A stretch of DNA of 63,701 nt, counting the filler. It is 7 parts of 7 records of this genome, joined end to end, with 100 filler letters (N's around TTAATTAATTAA, not from the genome) between each part and the next. Parts side by side here need not be neighbours in the genome. Positions count along the whole stretch, not along the records: positions 48,766 to 53,974 come from SRR31147125_26026; positions 54,075 to 63,701 come from SRR31147125_26131; 5 more parts are not named here. The stretch is one strand, 5' to 3'. Positions 52,529 to 62,026 of the stretch are shown in pieces; position 1 is the stretch's first letter, and every line of letters starts with the position of its first letter. Made by a program: the position numbers and the translations under genes. Under the pieces are notes generated by a model. It saw only the letters and a program-made list of their open reading frames with translations. It was not told the origin of the DNA and did no database searches.

Positions 52529-53914
52529 ATGAGCAGCATTCGCATATTCATCGATTTCGGCAGCACGTTTACGAAAGCGGTCGCCTTTGATCTTGAAAAG
52601 GAGGAGCTGGCCGCGCGGGTACAGGTGCCGTCCACTGTTGATACGGATATCTCCGTCGGCTTGCGTGAGGCGTTTGAAAAGCTCGGCGAGACGGTGACGA
52701 TTGAGGAAACGGACGTTAAGCGCACCGTGGCTTGCTCCAGCGCCGCAGGCGGCTTGAAGATGATCTGCATCGGGCTCGTTCAGGAGTATACCACAGAGGC
52801 CGGGCGGCTGGCCGCGTTGGGTGCGGGCGCAAAGATCGTCGGCACGTACTCCTATGAGATGACTAGGGACGAGGCTGAGGAAATCAAGACAAGCGCCCCC
52901 GATATCGTGCTTTTAACCGGCGGCACGGACGGCGGCAATAAAAAAACCATTGTCCATAACGCCCGTATGCTGGCGGGGCTGGAGAGCGGCGTCAAGAATA
53001 TCATCGTAGCCGGCAACAAATCAGCCAAGGGCGAAATCGAGGAGATTTTTGCGGGCGCGCATAAAAACGTCATCTACACGAAAAATGTGATGCCGGAGTT
53101 TGGCCGGCTCAATTTGGACCCCGTCAACGAAAAAATCCGAGAACTGTTTATCAGCCGTATTACGGATGCCAAGGGCATCAGCCAGGTCAAGGAGATGATC
53201 GGCGATGTCGTCATGCCCACGCCGTCGGCTGTACTGGAGGCGGCCCGGCTGATCGCTGACGGCGCGCGGGGCGAGGAAGGCCTAGGAGAGCTGCTTCTCG
53301 TCGACGTAGGCGGCGCGACCACCGACGTGTATTCCATTGCCAAGGGCGCGCCGACAAAAGAGGGCGCGTCACTGGCCGGTTTGCCGGAGCCGTACGCCAA
53401 GCGGACAGTGGAGGGCGATCTGGGCCTGTTTCACAATCTTGATACGCTTTCGTGCATTGCCGAGGATGCCGACGGGCTTTTTGATGACGAGCGCACCGCG
53501 TTTGAAGAGCGCGTTAAAAAGCTGCGCGCCGTCCTCAGTATACCGGACGGGGCTGACCAGACGGAGTGCCAGCTGACGCTATCGCATCTGGCCGTCAAGA
53601 CAGCGGTGGACCGGCATGTGGGCACCATTGAGCTCGTCGTGACGCATAACGGAGACTTCTGGGTGCAGCGCGGCAAGGATTTAACACAGATAAAAACCGT
53701 CATCGGGGCCGGCGGGCCCGTTGCGTTCTCGTCCGACCCGCGCCGTGTGCTGGACGGGGCCGTTTTCAAGCCGGCGTCGGCCAATATCCTCAAGCCCCTA
53801 TCGCCGCGCTTTTATCTCGACGAAAAGTATATCCTGTACGCCATCGGCCTTTTAGCGCAGACAGATCCCGTCAAGGCGCTGCGGATTATCAAAAAATACC
53901 TGAAGCAAATATAA
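52529..53914 (+). CDS. glmL: GlmL/MutL-type mutase reactivating ATPase (ASKHA)
   Basis: IDFGSTFTK, ACSSAAGGL, LLTGGTDGG, MPTPSAV, VDVGGATTDVYS, KRTVEGDLG, RHVG, GKDLT; start reassigned to ATG 52529. Confidence 0.9.
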   Translation: MSSIRIFIDFGSTFTKAVAFDLEKEELAARVQVPSTVDTDISVGLREAFEKLGETVTIEETDVKRTVACSSAAGGLKMICIGLVQEYTTEAGRLAALGAGAKIVGTYSYEMTRDEAEEIKTSAPDIVLLTGGTDGGNKKTIVHNARMLAGLESGVKNIIVAGNKSAKGEIEEIFAGAHKNVIYTKNVMPEFGRLNLDPVNEKIRELFISRITDAKGISQVKEMIGDVVMPTPSAVLEAARLIADGARGEEGLGELLLVDVGGATTDVYSIAKGAPTKEGASLAGLPEPYAKRTVEGDLGLFHNLDTLSCIAEDADGLFDDERTAFEERVKKLRAVLSIPDGADQTECQLTLSHLAVKTAVDRHVGTIELVVTHNGDFWVQRGKDLTQIKTVIGAGGPVAFSSDPRRVLDGAVFKPASANILKPLSPRFYLDEKYILYAIGLLAQTDPVKALRIIKKYLKQI

Positions 53915-53935
53915 TTAAAGGCCGTAAAACATAAC

Positions 53936-53974
53936 ACCCTCACGAACCAGCTAAACTGTTTGTGAGGGTGCTTT
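53936..53974 (+). terminator. Intrinsic terminator after glmL
   Basis: CACCCTCAC..GTGAGGGTG followed by CTTT at the contig end. Confidence 0.65.
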
Positions 53975-54074
53975 NNNNNNNNNNNNNNNNNNNNNNNNNN
54001 NNNNNNNNNNNNNNNNNNTTAATTAATTAANNNNNNNNNNNNNNNNNNNNNNNNNNNNNNNNNNNNNNNNNNNN
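53975..54074. other. Artificial contig linker
   Basis: N44-TTAATTAATTAA-N44. Confidence 0.98.
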
Positions 54075-54101
54075 GTGTCTTAACCGCTTGACCAAGGGGC
54101 C
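54075..54101 (-). tRNA. tRNA 5' fragment, probably tRNA-Glu (anticodon not in the window)
   Basis: Minus strand GGCCCCTTGGTCAAGCGGTTAAGACAC matches the acceptor 5' strand and D-arm of Firmicute tRNA-Glu; upstream TTGACA/TATTAT promoter at 54166-54137. Confidence 0.8.
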
Positions 54102-54254
54102 ATAATTTAATAGCTCGTTCTTAACACGCGAATTTCATAATACACTTTTTTGATTATATTTGTCAATACCTAATTTCACATTTAATATTTTTGTTGAATA
54201 AAAGATCAAAACATGATATATTTTTGTACATAAATATTCCATGCAGGAGGAATT

Positions 54255-54596
54255 ATGGACTGTATTTTTTGTAAAATAATAGATGGACAAATTCCATCAA
54301 AAAAAGTATTCGAAAACGACACCGTGTACGCTTTTCATGATATAAACCCACAAGCACCCATTCATGTTTTAATAATACCAAAACAGCATATCGAGTGCGT
54401 TTCAAAGCTTAAAGATGAACAATCTAATCTTATAGGTGATATGACAATCGTTGCAAGAGATATAGCAAAGGATCTAGGCATATCAGAAAACGGTTATAGG
54501 CTTGTTTTCAATATCGGAAAAGACGGCGGACAAGAGGTTTCACATATACATATGCATCTTCTAGGAGGAAGACAACTAACTTGGCCACCGGGTTAA
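54255..54596 (+). CDS. hinT: Histidine triad nucleotide-binding protein
   Basis: DCIFCKI, FHDINPQAPIHVLIIPK, GGQEVSHIHMHLLGG. Confidence 0.93.
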   Translation: MDCIFCKIIDGQIPSKKVFENDTVYAFHDINPQAPIHVLIIPKQHIECVSKLKDEQSNLIGDMTIVARDIAKDLGISENGYRLVFNIGKDGGQEVSHIHMHLLGGRQLTWPPG

Positions 54597-54627
54597 TCAA
54601 AATTAGTAAGCAATATCAAAATAGTTA

Positions 54628-54657
54628 TTGACATGTATTGCTTTAGCATAATATAAT
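54628..54657 (+). promoter_or_regulatory. SigmaA promoter of rpsU
   Basis: TTGACA, 18-bp spacer, TATAAT. Confidence 0.7.
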
Positions 54658-54719
54658 ATCTTAGGTTTATATCAAAAAACCTGTTTTCCACATCTTTCAT
54701 ATGGAGGGAGGGATAAGAG

Positions 54720-54893
54720 ATGTCAGAAATTAGAGTAGGCGAAAACGAGACTTTAGAGAGCGCTTTAAAAAGATTCAAACGTAAATGTGCAAGAGCTGGT
54801 GTTCTAGCAGAGGTTAGAAAACGTGAGCATTATGAAAAGCCAAGTGTAAAAAGAAAGAAAAAGGCTGAAGCTGCAAGAAAAAGAAAAAGATAG
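54720..54893 (+). CDS. rpsU: 30S ribosomal protein S21 (absent from the supplied ORF track)
   Basis: Translated by hand: [63 protein letters not shown] Shine-Dalgarno. Confidence 0.97.
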   Translation: MSEIRVGENETLESALKRFKRKCARAGVLAEVRKREHYEKPSVKRKKKAEAARKRKR

Positions 54894-55006
54894 TCAAAAA
54901 ATTTATTTTACTTTTGGGAGCGAGAAACAGATTTTCTTCCATAATTACTAGGCCTAAAGGCCTTTTACAAAATGATATGATGTGGATAAGTTAGATATAA
55001 AAATAT

Positions 55007-55035
55007 ACGAGGCAAAATTAATTTGCCTCGTTTTG
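55007..55035. terminator. Terminator between convergent rpsU and dapB
   Basis: ACGAGGCAAA..TTTGCCTCGT followed by a T tract. Confidence 0.7.
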
Positions 55036-55061
55036 TTTTATCTATATTTTTTATATAATCT

Positions 55062-56282
55062 TTAAATATTAAAAGTCTTAGATACTATATCCATAGCACT
55101 TCTAGATTTATCACTATGCACACAAAAAGCAATCTTTGTTTCAGATGTAGAAATAGCTTTAATATCAATATCATCACTAGCAAGGGCCGTAAACAACTTA
55201 GCAGCAACCCCAGTTTGTCTCTCCATCCCCATACCTTCAACAGTAATCTTGGTTATATCATCAATATTCAACACGCTCGCGCCTTCAAAGCTATGTATAA
55301 AATCCTTAATAGCAGCATTTGCAATATTAATCTCATCATGCGACAAAGAAAAAGAAATAGTCGCTTTATTATCTAAATTGATATTTTGAGTAATAATATC
55401 AATATTAACCCCACTCGCACCAAGCTTAGAAAAAAGAGTAGCAATATTCTTCGGCTCAGCCGGCAAATCAATAACAGTAACCATAGACTGATTTGTATCA
55501 AAATACATGTTCGTAATAACATGATGCTGGCTTAAAATATCCTTCATCTCATAAAGCTTAGGTAATTTACCACATATAAATTTAGCAGCCCTAACCGCAC
55601 CAACAGCAAACACTTGTCTTGATAAAGCTTTATGCGTAACCTCAATAATCTCATCATTCCCAAGGAATAAAACTTCATGTTCACCAACAACAGTACCACC
55701 ACGAACAGCATGAATACCAATATCAACCTTTTCACGCTTATCAGCTCTAGTATCTCTACCACATACATAATTCATATCATCAGCAAATGCTTCGTTCAAA
55801 CAATCAGCCAAAGCAAGCGCAGTACCACTAGGAGCATCAACTTTTCTATTATGATGTTTTTCTACTATTTCTATATTATAATCATACCCCAAAAATCCAG
55901 CAACCTGCTTAATAAGATCCATTTGGATATTAACACCCAAAGACATATTGGCAGACTTAAAAAGAGTACACTCTTTTGAAGCTTCAACAATTCTCTCATC
56001 TTGCTCTTTTGTATATCCAGTAGTACAAAGAACAGCCGCAATCGAATTTTTCTTACAATATTCCAAAATATCATCTAAAGCCTCTGGTCTCGAAAAATCA
56101 ATCAAAACATCAGCCTTTTCAACTATATCCTCATATTTCTCATAAACAGGAAAATCATTACTAAATCTATCAGTGCATTTATCAACCCCGCAAACAACAT
56201 GGGCTTCATCATCACCTTTAACTATAGATGCAACAACTTGTCCCATAAAACCATTAGCACCACTAATTATAACTTTTACCAT
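55062..56282 (-). CDS. dapB: 4-hydroxy-tetrahydrodipicolinate reductase fused to two C-terminal aspartokinase-type ACT domains
   Basis: GANGFMG, IDFSRP, CTTG, SANMSLG, EKHHNRKVDAPSGTA, VRGGTVVGEH; then GVNIDIITQN, KITVEGMGM..TGVAAKLF.AL, ISTSETKI. Confidence 0.92.
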   Translation of the reverse strand: MVKVIISGANGFMGQVVASIVKGDDEAHVVCGVDKCTDRFSNDFPVYEKYEDIVEKADVLIDFSRPEALDDILEYCKKNSIAAVLCTTGYTKEQDERIVEASKECTLFKSANMSLGVNIQMDLIKQVAGFLGYDYNIEIVEKHHNRKVDAPSGTALALADCLNEAFADDMNYVCGRDTRADKREKVDIGIHAVRGGTVVGEHEVLFLGNDEIIEVTHKALSRQVFAVGAVRAAKFICGKLPKLYEMKDILSQHHVITNMYFDTNQSMVTVIDLPAEPKNIATLFSKLGASGVNIDIITQNINLDNKATISFSLSHDEINIANAAIKDFIHSFEGASVLNIDDITKITVEGMGMERQTGVAAKLFTALASDDIDIKAISTSETKIAFCVHSDKSRSAMDIVSKTFNI

Positions 56283-56336
56283 AAATACCTCACAAATTTA
56301 TAGATTGTAAAATTTACAAGCTATAAAAAATTTCTA

Positions 56337-57233
56337 CTACATTACGTCTTCTATAATATCAAAACCAAACTTCACCAATTCTTTTCTAAGCATTGCACAA
56401 GTCGCAGATGTAGCCTCAGTTAAAGGCAACCTCGGCAATCCCATTTCAAAACCAATAAAATTCAAAGCCTGCTTAACAGGTATAGGGTTAACTTCATTAA
56501 ACAAAGCATCAACCAAAGGTATAGAATCCAGCTGCATTTTAGTAGCAGCAGCCACATCACCTTCCAAATACTTCATAACCATATCATGAGCATACTTAGG
56601 GGCAACATTGGCTAAAACAGAAATAACCCCAGCACCACCTAGTGATAAAATAGGAACAATCTGGTCATCGTTTCCAGAATAAAGATCAATCCTATCACCG
56701 CAAAGACTAGCAGTCTTAGCAATCTGACCAATGTTTCCACTTGCTTCTTTTAACCCAACAATATTATCAATATCAGCCAAAACATTCATAGTTTCGGGCA
56801 AAATATTAACACCAGTTCTAGAAGGTACATTATATAAAACCATAGGCAAATCACATGCCTTAGCAACAGCCTCATAATGTTTAACAAGCCCACCTTGAGT
56901 ACACTTGTTATAATAAGGAGTAACAAGCAAAATAGAATCAGCACCAGCATCAGCAGCACTTTTTGTAGCTTTAATTACGTTATCAGTAGAATTCCCGCCA
57001 GTACCAGCCATAACAGGCACTCTACCATTGGCTTTTTTGGTAACAAACGAAACAGCCTCAACTCTCTCATCCCAGCTCATCGTACTCGGTTCACCAGTTG
57101 TTCCACAAACCAAAAGACAATCAATACCACCGTCAATCTGGTATTCAATCAAGTTTTCAAAAGCACCAAAATTAATACCTTTTTCATCAAATGGCGTAGA
57201 TAAAGCAACGCCAGCTCCCGTAAACACAGCCAT
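56337..57233 (-). CDS. dapA: 4-hydroxy-tetrahydrodipicolinate synthase
   Basis: CGTTGE, VTPYYNK, LYNVPSRTG, GLKEASG, YSGND, EVNPIPVK. Confidence 0.96.
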   Translation of the reverse strand: MAVFTGAGVALSTPFDEKGINFGAFENLIEYQIDGGIDCLLVCGTTGEPSTMSWDERVEAVSFVTKKANGRVPVMAGTGGNSTDNVIKATKSAADAGADSILLVTPYYNKCTQGGLVKHYEAVAKACDLPMVLYNVPSRTGVNILPETMNVLADIDNIVGLKEASGNIGQIAKTASLCGDRIDLYSGNDDQIVPILSLGGAGVISVLANVAPKYAHDMVMKYLEGDVAAATKMQLDSIPLVDALFNEVNPIPVKQALNFIGFEMGLPRLPLTEATSATCAMLRKELVKFGFDIIEDVM

Positions 57234-57355
57234 ATTAAAATCCATTCCTTTCACAATAACTATTCGCAACATTAAAGGCACAAGCATTCAAAAAAATTGA
57301 ATTTTCACATTGTACTCTTTCTTTGTTGAATACTATCCATCTTAACTATATTCTA

Positions 57356-58351
57356 TTAATTGTCTCTTCTAATATATTCCTCAGCAATTTGAATAGTGTT
57401 TGTAGCCGCACCTTTTCTTATATTATCAGAAACAACCCAAATATTAACCCCACTATCAACGCTTTCATCTCTTCTAATCCTACCAACAAAAACTTCATCT
57501 TTGTCTTCACAAAATAGCGGTGTAGGGTACTCACCATTAGCAACATCATCCATAACAATAATACCTTCAGCATCTTTTAAAGTTTGCTTCAGTTCAGCCA
57601 AATCAAAGTCCTTTTCAAACTCAATATTGATAGATTCACTATGACCATGGAAAACAGGAACACGCACAGTAGTCGCAGTAACTTTCATTTCATAATCATT
57701 CATGATTTTCCTAGTTTCATTGATCATCTTAATCTCTTCTTTAGTATAACCATTATCCATAAATACGTCTATATGCGGAATACAGTTACCAGCGATTTGA
57801 ACAGGAAATTTTTCAGGAGCCTCACCTTTAAGTCCATTTTCCAAATCAGCAAATCCGCCCATACCAGCACCAGAAACAGCTTGGTATGTAGAATAAACTA
57901 CTCTTTTTATGCCGTACTTCACAAGTGGCTCAAGTGCAACAACAGCTTGAATTGTAGAACAATTAGGGTTAGCAATAATCCCGTTGTGTCTGTCAATATC
58001 ATCAGGGTTAACTTCAGGAACAACCAAAGGAACATTCTCATCCATTCTCCATTGGCTAGAATTATCAATAACCAAAGCACCTTCTTCAACAAACTTAGGC
58101 GCAAATTCCTTACTTGTTCCACCGCCAGCACTAAAAAGAGCTATATCAACATCGTACTTTTTAATGTTTTCATCACAAAGTTCGATAATTGTATATTCCT
58201 TACCCATAAAATCAACCTTTTTACCAGCGCTCCTAGCAGAAGCAAATAAATAGTAATTTTCAACTGGCAATTCTCTCTCTGCCAAAACTTGCAAAAATTT
58301 TCTACCAACCATACCTGTTGCCCCAACAACAGCTACATTATACTTTTTCAT
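57356..58351 (-). CDS. asd: Aspartate-semialdehyde dehydrogenase
   Basis: VVGATGMVG, IDNSS.WRM, ANPNCSTIQ, TYQAVSGAG, VRVPVFHGHSE, DNIRKGAA; ATG 58351 with GGAGGG. Confidence 0.96.
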   Translation of the reverse strand: MKKYNVAVVGATGMVGRKFLQVLAERELPVENYYLFASARSAGKKVDFMGKEYTIIELCDENIKKYDVDIALFSAGGGTSKEFAPKFVEEGALVIDNSSQWRMDENVPLVVPEVNPDDIDRHNGIIANPNCSTIQAVVALEPLVKYGIKRVVYSTYQAVSGAGMGGFADLENGLKGEAPEKFPVQIAGNCIPHIDVFMDNGYTKEEIKMINETRKIMNDYEMKVTATTVRVPVFHGHSESINIEFEKDFDLAELKQTLKDAEGIIVMDDVANGEYPTPLFCEDKDEVFVGRIRRDESVDSGVNIWVVSDNIRKGAATNTIQIAEEYIRRDN

Positions 58352-58384
58352 ACGTCCCTCCAAATGTAATAATAATTTAAAATA

Positions 58385-58410
58385 TAAAAAGCAGTGTATA
58401 CACACTGCTG
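58385..58410 (-). terminator. Leader (riboswitch-controlled) intrinsic terminator
   Basis: Minus strand GCAGTGT-GTAT-ACACTGC-TTTTT, between the aptamer and the asd Shine-Dalgarno. Confidence 0.75.
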
Positions 58411-58453
58411 AAAGTCTAATCATTCATAGCAAAAAACGCTAATCCAACCAAAA

Positions 58454-58636
58454 ACAGCAGCACCCCGAAAAGCATAAACCTTTCGACAGTTGTACGGCTA
58501 TTAACCAATACCCCCAGATCAACCCCTTCGGCAAAAAAAGATAAAATCTTCGGCAACTTCTCCTTTTTCAAAAACCATATCAGACTGCCGAAGTCCAATG
58601 ATAATCAATACTTATAGAAGCCGCACCTCAAACTGT
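58454..58636 (-). ncRNA. Lysine riboswitch (L-box) upstream of asd-dapA-dapB
   Basis: Ordered conserved elements on the minus strand: ACAGT..GAGGTGC, AGTA, AAAGG, GCCGAA, CTGGG, AATA, ACTGTC, GGGTGCT..GCTGT; about 180 nt; lysine-pathway context. Confidence 0.88.
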
Positions 58637-59017
58637 ACAATATATCTATTATATAATTTAACCAATTATATACTAACAAAAACACAATGTCAAACATAAT
58701 TTTTATATAATCTTATACAGCCAAACTCATATAATATATCTATCATTTCTCTCATAACGCAGCGTATCTGTCACACCCTCACATCTTCATAAAAAACAAC
58801 CTTTCCATATATTTCACTTAAATTATTTTCCTGCTAATAATTTATATATTGTGTAAACACTACCCCATCTAAGCTTGTAAATCCAATCAAATAAATATAT
58901 AATCAGCTTACTTATGTTAAAATATAAGTAAAAAATTATAAAAAGTCGAGAATAATAATATACAATTATACTAATAAACATCTGCTTTTAAATAAATATT
59001 AGTTATATAATAAATAT

Positions 59018-60826
59018 ATGAAAAAAAGATATAAGAAACCACAATACTATAATACAAAACAAAACAACAAGCTAAAACTTGGTGCTTTTTTAGTGTTTCT
59101 ATCTTTAGCCATTTTAATTCTAGCAGGTCATCTTATATATATATCAAATATAAGGCTACAGCAAATTAAAATATCACCAGCGGATTTTGTAGAATTCGAG
59201 GTGCCTCCAACTCCAGCTATACTATCAGATGACGAAGGATATATGGAGGAGGATTTTGTAACAGAACCCATAGCATTCGGATATTCAAACCCTGCTGATT
59301 TCGACTTCGAAACAACTCTAAACTATCAAAGAGAAGATGTCGAAAGCTTTGAAAGGATAAACCCTATCAGAATTTTCTCAGATGAATATTCTGTTTTACA
59401 AGGAATCACAACTTACAAAGGAGATAACCTAAGAAGCTCTTCAAGCTACGGCACAGCAAGAATACAAGAAAACCAGCTAAATATCAAATGGATAACAAAA
59501 ATTGATTCAACAGAAATCCTAGGTCCATTCGACGGAACAGCCCAGCCACTTGTAGTCATGTGGCAAGCTGATATGATGAAATACGTGAAATTTAGAAGCG
59601 GAAAAAAGGACAAACTAAAACTTACAGAAGTTATCTTTGCCGACAAAAGCGGTAAAGTATATTTTCTAGATATAGATGACGGTCTTTCAACAAGATCAAT
59701 AATGCACACAACTGCATATACAGAGGGCACTCCAACAATAGACCCAAGGGGCTATCCACTTATGTATATTGGACAAACAATACAAGAGGATGGAAATACA
59801 CAAAAATCAAGATATATATATTTCTATGTCTATAATCTAATAACACAAAAATTAGAGTATAGATTCGGTTCAAGCAGTGTAGAACCGTTTTCAGATAGTA
59901 AATGGCAAGGTTACGGAACAAGTCCTCTTGTTCTCGAAGATACAATATTTATACCTGCAGAAAACGGAATTCTATATTCTTTTGAATTAGAGACGGATTT
60001 CGCTCCAAATGACAAAAAAATATCTATCAATACTGAGCCAAATCTATTAAAATACAAGTATGAAAACTCATATACAGGCTACAGAAGAGATAACTTAGAT
60101 GAAAACGGAGACAGAATAGCGCGAGAAATTGAAAATGGTACAGCAGGAAGCATAGCCGCATATAAAAACTATCTTTTCTTTTCAGAAAAAAGCGGTTTTT
60201 TACAGTGCCTAAACGCAAACACTATGGACCTTGTCTATGTTGTGCCTTTAAACGCAAGCGGAGATTTCACAGTATCAATAGATACCTCATCTGATATGCA
60301 GGATGAATTTTATCTATATTCTGGAACAAGGCTAGATTTTGCTTCTTCCACAGACGACAGTCAAGGAACAAAATCATACTTTAGAAAAATCGATGGTAGA
60401 ACAGGAAAAATACTTTGGGAAAAAGAATATGAATGCCAATCAACAGATGAAATTCGCGGCGGTATAATAAAATCATCAATAATCGGAAAAAATGATCTAT
60501 CAGAATACGTTTTCTACGCAGTATCAGGCGAAAACTCAAAAACAAAACTTATTTGTGCAAGAAAGATAGATGGAACAAACAAATGGCAAATAGAATTTTC
60601 TCAATCTTCAAAATCAGCACCTGTCGAAATGTATGATAAAAACGGAAAAGGTTATATACTCTTCTGTTCATCCACAGGAGTTTTATCATTAATCGAGGGG
60701 GCAACAGGCGACATCCTGAGACAAACAACTTTGCCAGCAGGAGCCGATGGCGACCCTGTAGTATTCGCTAATAAAATGATAGTTCATCTTCAAGATAACA
60801 GCATAGCATGTATAAGTGTAAAATAA
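59018..60826 (+). CDS. Membrane-anchored PQQ-like beta-propeller protein
   Basis: N-terminal transmembrane helix; GITTYKGDNLR, GTPTIDPRGYPLMYIG, repeated D..TG...W propeller motifs. Confidence 0.65.
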   Translation: MKKRYKKPQYYNTKQNNKLKLGAFLVFLSLAILILAGHLIYISNIRLQQIKISPADFVEFEVPPTPAILSDDEGYMEEDFVTEPIAFGYSNPADFDFETTLNYQREDVESFERINPIRIFSDEYSVLQGITTYKGDNLRSSSSYGTARIQENQLNIKWITKIDSTEILGPFDGTAQPLVVMWQADMMKYVKFRSGKKDKLKLTEVIFADKSGKVYFLDIDDGLSTRSIMHTTAYTEGTPTIDPRGYPLMYIGQTIQEDGNTQKSRYIYFYVYNLITQKLEYRFGSSSVEPFSDSKWQGYGTSPLVLEDTIFIPAENGILYSFELETDFAPNDKKISINTEPNLLKYKYENSYTGYRRDNLDENGDRIAREIENGTAGSIAAYKNYLFFSEKSGFLQCLNANTMDLVYVVPLNASGDFTVSIDTSSDMQDEFYLYSGTRLDFASSTDDSQGTKSYFRKIDGRTGKILWEKEYECQSTDEIRGGIIKSSIIGKNDLSEYVFYAVSGENSKTKLICARKIDGTNKWQIEFSQSSKSAPVEMYDKNGKGYILFCSSTGVLSLIEGATGDILRQTTLPAGADGDPVVFANKMIVHLQDNSIACISVK

Positions 60827-60854
60827 TATTAAAAAGGCAACCGAAAGGATCAAA

Positions 60855-61616
60855 ATGGAAAATAGTAATGATATAATTTTTGGAAGAAACAGCGTAAGAG
60901 AGGCAATAAAATCAGAACGACCAATAAACAAAATATTTGTTTCAAAAGGATCACGTGACGGAAGCATTAACGAGATTATTAAACTTGCTAAAAATCAAAA
61001 CCACATAATAATCGAAACCTCAAAGTCAAATCTCGACGAAATGTGTTCAGAATTTGCTCACGGAAAACAATTAGCAAATCACCAAGGTATGGTTGCATCA
61101 ATTTCGCCATATCAGTATGCAGAAGTTGAGGATATTTTAGATGTTGCAAAACAAAGAAACGAACCACCATTTATAATTATCTTAGACGGCATAACAGATA
61201 CAAGCAACTTCGGATCAATTGTTAGAAGCTGTGAAGCTATGGGAGTTCACGGAATCATAACTGGCAAAAGAAGAAGCGCTCCAATAACTTCAGCTGTAGA
61301 CAAGGCATCTTCAGGTGCTCTTTCAAACATGTTGGTTTCAAGAGTTTCAAATATAACAAGCACAATAAAGTCGCTAAAAGAAAAAAACATATGGATACTC
61401 GCAACAGTACAAGGAGAAACCAGCCTTAAAAAAACAAATATGAAAGGTGCATTAGCAATAGTTATAGGCAGTGAAGAAAACGGTGTTTCAAGATTAGTTA
61501 AAGAAAACTGCGACTACCAAGCAGCAATACCAATGAAGGGGAAAACATCCTCACTAAACGCTGCAGTTGCTTGTGCAATAGCAATTTATGAAAAATGTGA
61601 ACAGGACAATTCTTAA
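60855..61616 (+). CDS. rlmB: 23S rRNA (guanosine-2'-O)-methyltransferase RlmB/TrmH family
   Basis: IFGRNSVREA, NHQG, LDGITD..NFGSIVR, IGSEENG, IPMKG..SSLNAAVA. Confidence 0.92.
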   Translation: MENSNDIIFGRNSVREAIKSERPINKIFVSKGSRDGSINEIIKLAKNQNHIIIETSKSNLDEMCSEFAHGKQLANHQGMVASISPYQYAEVEDILDVAKQRNEPPFIIILDGITDTSNFGSIVRSCEAMGVHGIITGKRRSAPITSAVDKASSGALSNMLVSRVSNITSTIKSLKEKNIWILATVQGETSLKKTNMKGALAIVIGSEENGVSRLVKENCDYQAAIPMKGKTSSLNAAVACAIAIYEKCEQDNS

Positions 61617-62024
61617 ATGAACTCGCAGGATTTATTGATAGTGGATGGATATAATATCCTTTCAAGTTGGAGCCTAAATGCGTCAACCCATAACCTAGAA
61701 GCAGCAAGATACGATCTACAGGAACTACTAGCGAACTATTCAGGTTATATGGGAATGGATATTATCTTAGTGTACGATGCCCACAGCTCTCATGAAACTC
61801 CAAAATCAAAAAAACTGCATAAACTAGAAACAATGTATACAAGGTTCGGCGAAACAGCAGATACAAAAATAGAATGTATGCTAAGTCAAAAGCTTAAAAA
61901 GTATAGATATGTCTATGTAGCAACAGCAGACTATGCTTTACAGCTTTTCGCACTTGGCTGTGGCGCACTTAGAATAACACCCCTAGAGCTTAAAAGCATG
62001 ATAAACAGCAAAACTAAAGGGTAA
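61617..62024 (+). CDS. YacP/Rae1-like NYN-domain ribonuclease
   Basis: LIVDGYNI, VYDA, ETAD..IE, VATAD, GALR; conserved position after rlmB. Confidence 0.85.
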   Translation: MNSQDLLIVDGYNILSSWSLNASTHNLEAARYDLQELLANYSGYMGMDIILVYDAHSSHETPKSKKLHKLETMYTRFGETADTKIECMLSQKLKKYRYVYVATADYALQLFALGCGALRITPLELKSMINSKTKG

Positions 62025-62026
62025 AC

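Noticed and set aside
13036-54074. Six regularly recurring TTAATTAATTAA motifs in N-runs, and any gene neighbourhoods that span them
   Set aside because: These are artificial concatenation linkers. The flanking contigs differ in GC and apparent taxonomy, so cross-linker associations (for example pili with the lipase, or aconitase with the mutase) carry no meaning.
58416-58598. 60-aa hydrophobic ORF upstream of asd as a leader peptide
   Set aside because: It lies within the lysine riboswitch aptamer and expression platform and has no credible Shine-Dalgarno.
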